Origin: Amoeboradix gromovi X-113
Taxonomy: Eukaryota > Fungi > Sanchytriomycota
Assembly: GCA_018985225.1 (NCBI GenBank)
Contig: JADGIF010000387.1
Span: 1 to 9,467, forward strand
Direction: 5' to 3'
Length of the DNA stretch: 9,467 bases
Part shown: piece after piece, positions 1 through 7,236 of the stretch
How positions within the stretch are numbered: the first letter of the stretch is position 1
Layout: every line of letters begins with the position of its first letter
Notes under the pieces: generated by a model
Databases searched by the model: none
What the model saw: only the letters and a program-made list of their open reading frames with translations
Told to the model about the DNA's origin: nothing
Translations under genes and position numbers: made by a program

Positions 1-1089
1 AGGGATCGTGCTCAAGTAATGGTTCAATCTCAGAAACGTCTCGAAAGAATGTAATTCTCTTATACTTGAGAGGAAATTCATCTTTTATTCCACTGTCGTA
101 ATAATCTCTTATGTAGTCCTGAGTGGGAATAGCATAATTCTATTGCAACGGCATATTGAAACGTGTATGCCTACCCGCAATTCTCGTTTAGTTTAATAAA
201 TTTTGACGCTTCAGCCAAGGCACTAAGATACTTGAAAGGGCTCTGTATAACGGCAGATTAAAAATTAATTCTAGATAACTGATCAAAACATCCCAGCATT
301 AAACTCGTTCATTCATAAATGCATTCAGCGAGTCTCTTTCACCAAGAAATGTGGGAGCATCTTCTCATTTAGCCATAATCAATATCATGGCAACCTTTTG
401 TAGTTGAAATGTGACTGTATCAACAGCGTGTTATTTGATTAATAGTTTTTCATTAGACAATACGAAAGCAATACTAAAAGATGCTTTCGAGCACTGAAGT
501 ATTCTACGACCTCTATAAGAAACTCAAACTACAGCTCAGAGTAGGCCATATTAGCCTGAAGCATTGAAAATCAGCAATAGAAAGTACTGACAATGGAGGT
601 GTAAACCAAATTTTTAGATCCTTGCACATTGATATTTCATATCTTTTTTGTATACGATTGTGCAGGCGAGTTAAGGGGCAGCCTCATCGAGTGACAAGGA
701 ACATTGGATATAATTTTTATCCTCAACCTTCAATCATTATAGCAAAGAATTTGGTGTCTATTAGCAGTCACAAGCTCACTACTTTTTTCGATAGGCATGT
801 AATTTTCTGCAGATTGTTCCTAAAACCAATACAGTGACAGTCAGCATCAAATCGGATAACTCGGTGATTACCAGAGTTACAAGTCGTATTGCAAATTAAT
901 TAGACGGTTTCATTGTGATGAAGAATCTATTTATCTTTGGATTTTTATCGTCTTTGAAGTTAAAAAATACCTGACGGGGCACCTCACTTGACTGTCATGA
1001 GCTTATTATTGCGCCATTTAGTTTGCATTTGATTGGCTGATAACACAAAAGGGACACATAAATTAGCAGCACCTATCACAATAATATTA

Positions 1090-1592
1090 ATGTTTTTAAT
1101 TACAATGCTGTTTGGATTGCCATCACTATCGAGACCAGGATCCACTGCATTTGCGAGATTCCCAGTAACATCATCGAGATTGACAGCTCTCTCACCTCTC
1201 AAGGCACATATTGAAAATCCGGTTGGTTCCTTTCAGACATTCGACCCTTTATCAGGACGTCCTAGTGACCCGACTCTACCTGAATTGACAGCAACTTCAA
1301 CAGTGAATTCTAATCGTGCTTCCATTAATCATGCTGCTAGTCAAATCACAGCCTCCTTCTCCGGCTTAGTTGCAGAGATATCAGATGAGATTAATTACAT
1401 GACGCTGTATAAATTTTCGCCACCTAATGATGACGCAATTGATGCGATGGAAAAAGCGGTTCAAGATGGTTTGTTGAATGATGAACAAGTTGAAGAGGCA
1501 AAAGAGTTAATTTCTAAGCATCGCAGTCTAAAAAAGAAGTACTCTTGTACACATTTAGATTTCCTAAACAAACTTTGTTTCTAAATAAATAA
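1090..1592 (+). CDS. Orphan hypothetical protein, possibly secreted (160 aa if intron 1539-1558 is spliced; 164 aa ending at 1584 if not)
   Basis: The ORF track starts at TTG 1033, but the first ATG is at 1090 in an AT-rich context. It has a short hydrophobic N-terminus (MFLITMLFGLP), a Ser/Pro/Thr-rich region, then an acidic helical region (DDAIDAMEKAVQDGLLNDEQVEEAKELISKH). AATAAA at 1584-1589 and 1588-1593. No family recognised. Confidence 0.6.
1539..1558 (+). other. Candidate 20-nt spliceosomal intron GTACTCTTGTACACATTTAG
   Basis: Same GTACT start, A at -6 and TTAG end as the ABCC intron. Splicing gives ...SLKKKFPKQTLFLNK* with TAA (1590-1592) inside AATAAA, the register also seen in TBCE and Ars2. 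Not required by homology. Confidence 0.5.
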
Positions 1593-1856
1593 ATGCTCTC
1601 TAATAAGAAGTTAAACAAATTTTAGGAATAAAGCCATGTTTACTTCCAATAATCGACGATTTGTTTTCCACTTGTCAATGACTTTCATTGCAATCTTCTA
1701 ATCAAGAATTCTAATAGGATTTACCGATTTACTCAGCCGAATTTATACTAAATTACAATTTATTCAATTTAGCTTTCAGAATTTGAGGTAATTGCCTCGT
1801 TCACAAACTATTAGTACTACTGATGTTTGTACCCAGATTTCACTGCACTGCACTCT

Positions 1857-3279
1857 CTATTTTCGCCTTGCCAGAGCTTCTAATTGTTCTGGATTAGTAC
1901 TACTATCCACTAATACTCTAAACACACCATCTTTCTTATCCAACAATGCAGCTGGTGAGTCATACTCAACAACACGTCCTGCATCCATCACTAGCACCCT
2001 GTCGCTATCAATAATTGTATCCAGTCGATGTGCAATGGTAACAACTGTTTTGTCCGCAAACATCTCCCTAATAACCTTCTGAATATGTCGATCACTCTTT
2101 GCGTCTATTCTACTTGTTGCTTCATCCAGCACCACAATCCTACACTCACTCAATATTGCTCTAGCAATACATAATAACTGCTTCTCTCCTGCACTTAATT
2201 GAGTAGTCAACACAGTTTCCAATTTATCTGGAAACCTTTTGACCTTCTCAGTCAAAGTAATCTTGTCCAATACTCTCCATAAATCCTGTTCTGTATACTT
2301 ACCTAATGGGTCCAAGTTGCATCTCAGTGTCGTTGTAAATATTACCGGTTCTTGAGGAATAATCGCTATTGATTTCCGCAGTACAGCAAGTGGTATTTTA
2401 TCAGTTTCATAGTTATCCAACTTGATGTGTCCTCTAAACCCATCTGCGATTCTAAACAGCGAACTAATAATAGTTGATTTACCTGCCCCTGTCCGTCCAA
2501 CAACTCCCACTTTCTCTCCATTTTTAATCTCAAATGTTAATCCCTTTAAGATGGGATCACCATTTTCTTCGTATTTCAGCCAGAAATCATCGTACTCAAT
2601 CTTTCCTGAAAATGCACTCGGCTGGACATTTTTATTTAAATCACTCTCGACTTCAGGAATAGCTTCATTTTTAATAAACATATGAGATTGTCCAGCTTGT
2701 AATCCCAGCAATCCATCTCCAAATGCTTTAACCGTCCATTGAAAGAACACTAACAGCTGCATTGCATTACTCAATGCTAATCCCAAACTGCTTGGATCTG
2801 TTTTAAAGATGTAACTGAAGCAAATAACGATAAAAATGTAAAATGAGACATAAATGTCCACATAAAACCCTCTAAAACATTCCAGCAATCCCAGAGTTAA
2901 CAAGTATTGGTGATTGTTATCCATTATTTTATACAAGGTGTTGGTGAATTGAGTGTTTGCTTTAAAACAACGAACGCATGTTATGCCATCTACTGTAACA
3001 TTTAAATGTGTATAAATGTCAGGACGAGTATGCAGCTCCTTGCTAAGCAAGTTATAATATAACTTCTTGGTTATTAATTGCGTGCAAATAATCAAAAACA
3101 CAAGAACAATGGAAATACTCCAAGTCCAAGGTATAAGTGCAATTGTATAACCTAATCCACCTAAACTCAATGGCAAAAACATCAAGACCTTGAAGAGGGA
3201 TTCAGGCATTTCATCTAAGTTAATAGAAAGTACCATCTAAACTATAAATATCCTTTGCAAAGGCGCCAAACAATCTTCT
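1857..3279 (-). CDS. ABCC/MRP-family ABC transporter, C-terminal half only (partial TMD2 + NBD2); 5'-truncated, possibly a pseudogene. Exons 3279-3234 and 3214-1857
   Basis: Walker A GRTGAGKS, Q-loop IIPQEP, signature LSAGEKQLLCIARA, Walker B IVVLDEATS, H-loop IAHRL, and LRCNLDP typical of ABCC NBD2. TMD2 motif ELHTRPDIYTHLNVTVDGITCVRCF. The spliced upstream exon reads RRLFGAFAKDIYSLDDEMPES, matching the ABCC GRILNRFSKD..xxD..LP motif. The frame is closed upstream by TAG at 3282-3280. Confidence 0.9.
3215..3233 (-). other. 19-nt spliceosomal intron GTACTTTCTATTAACTTAG (phase 1)
   Basis: Removal joins TTA GAT G|AT GAA ATG CCT and puts the FAKDIYSLD motif in frame with DEMPESL. Unspliced, the upstream frame hits TAA inside the intron. 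It has GT-AG ends and a branch-like TTAAC directly before TTAG. Confidence 0.85.
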
Positions 3280-3560
3280 CTAGCCTTCTCAACCAGAACG
3301 TGCAATTGAAAACACCATTAACCGACATTGAATAGAGTCTTCGTTACTCAGAAATGATCCAAAATAATGTTTAAATGTAAGGAAAGGAAAAAGCAATGAC
3401 GGAATGAAATCAAGTGTTTACTAGTAGATAGCAGCAGGGAACATAAAGTTAATGGAAATGGATACCTTATCTATCTCGCCCCAAGGTAGTCAAAGTGTGA
3501 GTAACCACTACACCTGATAGACTAGGATTTTCAGTTTCTCTTTCAAAATTTTTAAAATCT
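3280..3560 (-). pseudogene. Probable decayed remnant of the ABCC TMD2 N-terminal part
   Basis: In a shifted frame, 3343-3296 reads RRLYSMSVNGVFNCTF, reminiscent of ABCC SRRLH..M...V..APMSFF at the expected position. Further upstream are hydrophobic fragments broken by stops and frameshifts. Judged by eye only. Confidence 0.4.
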
Positions 3561-3749
3561 GTCGTAGATCAGGACTTTTCATGAGAAGCGTAAACTCTGG
3601 CATGGGTGAGGCACAAAAGTAATTATTCTTCGGTACACCGAGGATTGGGGTTAACTAGAATAGCTATCCAAGGTGGCGGGCCACATTCCCACGACAAATT
3701 TACTCTGCAAAATTATAAAATCTCCTTCAATCATAACAAAGCTTAAAAA

Positions 3750-4193
3750 ATGGGCAGTTTGTACGAGTTATTGGGAGTCCCTACATATGCCAGTAAAGCG
3801 GCTATCAAAGCAGCATTTTATAAATTATCAAAAGAGCATCATCCTGATATGTTAAGCGGAAATCATGACCGTTTTAAAGACATTCAAAATGCGTATTCCC
3901 TACTAATGGATGATGAAAGACGAAGAGTGTATGACTCTAAAAATCCTGCTAAAAGATCGTTTACTCAAAGAACAGCATATCCAAATTTTTCAAACTATGA
4001 TCTAAAATACACAAGGCCTTATAAACACCATTATCCTCAAAATCCATTTTACGATAAATTCCATGCAAAGAAACGGCAGAACGAATTTGAGCGTTGGCGG
4101 GACGAGAATACTCTAGATCGCTCGGACAATAATTATAGATTTGTAATAGGATTATGCATATTTAGTATAAGCCTATTAATGTTAAATTTTTAA
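3750..4193 (+). CDS. J-domain (DnaJ/Hsp40 class C) protein with C-terminal transmembrane segment
   Basis: N-terminal J domain (LYELLGV...IKAAFYKLSKEHHPD...FKDIQNAYSLLMDDERRRVYD) with the HPD motif. C-terminal hydrophobic tail FVIGLCIFSISLLMLNF. No G/F-rich or zinc-finger region. Confidence 0.93.
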   Translation: MGSLYELLGVPTYASKAAIKAAFYKLSKEHHPDMLSGNHDRFKDIQNAYSLLMDDERRRVYDSKNPAKRSFTQRTAYPNFSNYDLKYTRPYKHHYPQNPFYDKFHAKKRQNEFERWRDENTLDRSDNNYRFVIGLCIFSISLLMLNF

Positions 4194-4374
4194 GGGTTCT
4201 GTGGCGAGCCAACGGAATAGTCTGTTGTGCAAGACACCTCGAATTTTGTATATCTCACAAATTGGCTATGAACATCATGCAATCTCAGCGTGAATTTATC
4301 ACAGCAATGTTGACCTTTCTTGAAGTCTTGGTAAAATTCTTTATTGGATTTTATTTACTCCTTGAAATATCATA

Positions 4375-5691
4375 ATGCACAACCTCGAAGAAAGAATAGA
4401 ATTAAAGGATGGAAGGAGGGGTGTAGTTAGATACATTGGCATCATAAATGACAAGGAATGGATTGGAATTGAGTTTGATTCCAAGAATGATGGGAAGCAC
4501 GATGGCAAAAATTATTTCCAAGTTCATCCATCTCAGAGCGCATCGTTGTTGAAGTCGCCAATTATAACAAAATCAAACTTGTCATTAGATGATGCTGTTC
4601 TCCAAAAGTATTTCAAGCGGGTTGACAACATCAAGTCTAGCATTGGAAATGTAGAATTGGAGAGTGTTGGGTGGGAAAAAATATACAATCAAATTAAAAA
4701 TAACTTGAGCGTAATATCGCTACAAAATATGTGCATAGCGAATTTAAACACGACCGTAAAGCCATATTCGATGGTCTCAGAATTGTGCTTGAGTGGAAAC
4801 CTCTTTACCGACTTGTCTGAATTTCCGCAAAGTGCTTTTCCAAAGCTTCAAATACTTGACATTAGTTGCAACAGGTTTAAGAATCTTAAGCTCCCACCCC
4901 TTCTAATTCAGGAACTTGTTTTATCCAATACTCTTTTGTCCTTAAGCCAAGTCTTGGACATCATTTCTAATCAGGCAAATTTGTCGAAATTATACATTAG
5001 TGCAAATTGCCAATCCAGCACCGAGATTATACCTTTTCGCTCATATGCCAACATAAAAGACTTAGATATTTCGTATAATCAGTATGAACAACTACAGTTG
5101 ATATTTGATGTCTTTCCAAACATTAAACGACTTAATGCAAGTCATAATAAAATCAAAAACATATCACATCATGTGTGTATGGATTATTTAAATCTCTCTA
5201 ACAACCTGATAGATTCCTTCGATTACTTGGATTATTTAGTGGTCCAGGATTTAAGGCTATTGCGGAATCCGATAAATGGGGACTCTTGCAGGCACTTCAC
5301 CATTGCTTGCCTTGATTTAATCTTATTTAATGGTTCTGCTATATCCGCTGATGATAAAAGGGACTCTGAAGTATATTTCATTCAAAATTTTCAAAACCGT
5401 TTAAATAGGAAGCACATTCAATTGAGTCAGAAATATAGCTACGATTTTCATGAACCAGCCAAAGCAAACTTAATCAAGTACTTAATATCTGTTACTTTTG
5501 AGTTAAATGATATTTCAAAAGTCAAACTGCTTGTACCTACACTAAACGCCAAGCTAGTTAGCAGAGTGGCTCAAAAATTGTTTAATCTACCTTACATCCC
5601 TCAGATGTACGTTGATGGAATTCTGATTACTGAAGTGCTGTCTGACTATATAAATGAGAACATGGAATTGAAAATTATTTTAAAACAATAA
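4375..5691 (+). CDS. TBCE: Tubulin-specific chaperone E (cofactor E, Pac2/Alp21-like)
   Basis: N-terminal CAP-Gly domain (RGVVRYIG...WIGIEFD...GKHDG..YF), the VELESVGWEKI linker motif, several LRRs (LCLSGNLF, LDISCNRF, LDISYNQY, LNLSNNLI, LRLLRNPI), an LFNGSAISADDKRDSEVYF LRR cap and a C-terminal ubiquitin-like-sized domain. Confidence 0.93.
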   Translation: MHNLEERIELKDGRRGVVRYIGIINDKEWIGIEFDSKNDGKHDGKNYFQVHPSQSASLLKSPIITKSNLSLDDAVLQKYFKRVDNIKSSIGNVELESVGWEKIYNQIKNNLSVISLQNMCIANLNTTVKPYSMVSELCLSGNLFTDLSEFPQSAFPKLQILDISCNRFKNLKLPPLLIQELVLSNTLLSLSQVLDIISNQANLSKLYISANCQSSTEIIPFRSYANIKDLDISYNQYEQLQLIFDVFPNIKRLNASHNKIKNISHHVCMDYLNLSNNLIDSFDYLDYLVVQDLRLLRNPINGDSCRHFTIACLDLILFNGSAISADDKRDSEVYFIQNFQNRLNRKHIQLSQKYSYDFHEPAKANLIKYLISVTFELNDISKVKLLVPTLNAKLVSRVAQKLFNLPYIPQMYVDGILITEVLSDYINENMELKIILKQ

Positions 5692-5702
5692 ATTTATTTA
5701 TT
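5687..5702. terminator. Bidirectional polyadenylation signals shared by the convergent TBCE and TFB1 genes
   Basis: AATAAA on plus at 5687-5692 overlaps the TBCE TAA. AATAAA on minus at 5693-5698 and 5697-5702. Bases 5687-5698 form the perfect palindrome AATAAATTTATT. Confidence 0.7.
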
Positions 5703-5710
5703 CAATTAAT

Positions 5711-7198
5711 CTACACTTTGAATTCCCCACTATTCCACCCTGTAATTACGAGTTCTGCCGCCTTGCTCAAATGTTGTGTTATATGCCTGATTAACTTTAC
5801 CTGATTTACAATCTGCAACTGTGCGTTCAAATTGTTTTGGGATTGCCCTAGTGCTACTACCATCCGTCTAGCTTTATCTACATTTCCTAGCTGAATGCAA
5901 GTCCAAAAATGGCGCAAATACTCCAGAGTTTGACTTTTGTAATCCTCCAATATGATCTGCAGGTTAGACGGAAGATCTGAAAGAGATATGGTCTTGCATT
6001 GCTTTACTAATTCCTTTTGCATCTCTTTGGATGATGATTCACAGTTCTCTATAAAATCGACAGTCAGCATATTCATGCTTGGGAAGTAACTTTCCAAATT
6101 TATAGAATCATTCATCACAACATCCGCATCGCTATGATGCTCTTTGTACTGATAGTCCTGTCTATTCGAGATATTTAAAGTATCCGGTACCTGATCAACA
6201 ATTTCATTTAAATCATTAATTAAAACAGGTTCTCTCTTAGTGCGCTTCACATGCTCCAGCAGTCCAAAAGATTGCCTATTTAAGCCTCTTATTAAACCCT
6301 GCTCTTTCATTCTCATTGTAAAGTCAGGCCTGTTACCTGAGTCAGATTTGTCTTGAATGGTTTGCTCCAGGTTCAAATAGACATCCAAATGAGATTCATC
6401 AACGTTTATAGTATTAATGCGGTTAGACATCTCGTGTATCAAGCATTTGTCAAATATATCATCTTTATTGGACCCTGGCTGGACAGTAGAAGGATCGATA
6501 GACATGTGGATCTTTTTATCACGAATACGATGAAATAGACGGGACTTGAAATATCTAGTCCAAAATTCTTGTTCACTTATGCGATCAGGTACAGTTTCTT
6601 GATATGCTGTTTTAATTGATGGATATTGAATAAATATGGATTGAATTATAGAAGGTGTCAAAGTAAACTTGGACTCACCATCCCCGATAGATTCAGAAGT
6701 ATTTTGAGATAGTACATTGAGGTCAGTACCCTTCTCTTGAGAGTCTACAAGCATTTGAGCTTTGATCAAATGTTTTCTTGTCGACCAAAAATCTTCATTT
6801 GACATTTTAGATGGGACAAGATCTGAATAAAGCTTTCTAAGTAAAGAATGTTGCCTTAACAGTTCGTTCTGTGCTATTTGCTCAGGGTTTGAATTCATGG
6901 GTGGCGCGTCCAACATTTCATCATCTTCATGAGTATTTATTATTCTGCTTAAAGCGTTCTTTAGCAACTCTCTATCATCTAGAGCATTTAGTTCTATTTT
7001 ATACTTTGCATCTAAATGCGCCGCATCTATAGTCTCTATCAATAGTTGTATCTTTTTAGAATGAGGCTTACTCTGCATTTGTCTCTTTATATTTATGCTG
7101 GGTATTATTGTTGTACCTATTATGAGTGACTGCGTTGTTACAATTACTGTAGTTGGCTCGTTTTTTACATTACATTTTAATCTACATATCTGACTCAT
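5711..7198 (-). CDS. TFB1: TFIIH core subunit Tfb1/p62 (GTF2H1)
   Basis: N-terminal PH-like domain (QMQSKPHSKKIQLLI) and two BSD-type repeats (LRKLYSDLVPSKMSNEDFWSTR; LTPSIIQSIFIQYPSIKTAYQETVPDRISEQEFWTRYFKSRLF). GNRPDFTM motif and C-terminal EYLRHFW motif. Confidence 0.95.
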   Translation of the reverse strand: MSQICRLKCNVKNEPTTVIVTTQSLIIGTTIIPSINIKRQMQSKPHSKKIQLLIETIDAAHLDAKYKIELNALDDRELLKNALSRIINTHEDDEMLDAPPMNSNPEQIAQNELLRQHSLLRKLYSDLVPSKMSNEDFWSTRKHLIKAQMLVDSQEKGTDLNVLSQNTSESIGDGESKFTLTPSIIQSIFIQYPSIKTAYQETVPDRISEQEFWTRYFKSRLFHRIRDKKIHMSIDPSTVQPGSNKDDIFDKCLIHEMSNRINTINVDESHLDVYLNLEQTIQDKSDSGNRPDFTMRMKEQGLIRGLNRQSFGLLEHVKRTKREPVLINDLNEIVDQVPDTLNISNRQDYQYKEHHSDADVVMNDSINLESYFPSMNMLTVDFIENCESSSKEMQKELVKQCKTISLSDLPSNLQIILEDYKSQTLEYLRHFWTCIQLGNVDKARRMVVALGQSQNNLNAQLQIVNQVKLIRHITQHLSKAAELVITGWNSGEFKV

Positions 7199-7226
7199 GG
7201 GGATACAAACTGAAAAATATTTTCAT

Positions 7227-7236
7227 TTTATTTATT
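7227..7236 (-). terminator. Tandem AATAAA polyadenylation signals overlapping the Ars2 stop codon
   Basis: The minus strand reads GAA TAA ATAAAA, giving AATAAA at 7236-7231 and 7232-7227. Confidence 0.65.

Noticed and set aside
966-1070. U1 snRNA-like start (ATACCTGACGGGG) and a later TTGCA
   Set aside because: It lacks the full ACTTACCTG 5' end, a clear U1-70K loop and an Sm site. An Infernal search with the Rfam U1 model would settle it.
622-1202. ORFs 622-837 (+) and 984-1202 (-)
   Set aside because: Both are short with non-ATG starts and no motifs; the second is largely antisense to the 1090 gene.
1841-1854. CACTG tandem repeat (about 2.8 copies) after the ABCC stop
   Set aside because: Too short to distinguish from chance or slippage.
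1792-2685. ORFs 1792-2082 and 2422-2685 (+)
   Set aside because: Antisense shadows of the ABC nucleotide-binding domain.
3250-3283. Minus-strand resemblance to the U6 snRNA core (AGAGAAGATT...TGGC.CCT..GCAA.GGAT)
   Set aside because: The ACAGAGA box is altered (CTAGAGA), the catalytic AGC triad is absent, and the same bases encode the ABCC motif RLFGAFAKD. Treated as coincidence.
3280-3299. 20-nt GT-AG segment that might remove the ABCC in-frame TAG
   Set aside because: It is purine-rich with no branch motif, and splicing does not join the LYSMSVNGVFNC frame to the downstream exon.
3673-3855. 60-aa GTG-start ORF overlapping DnaJ
   Set aside because: Alternative-frame overlap with a non-ATG start and no motif.
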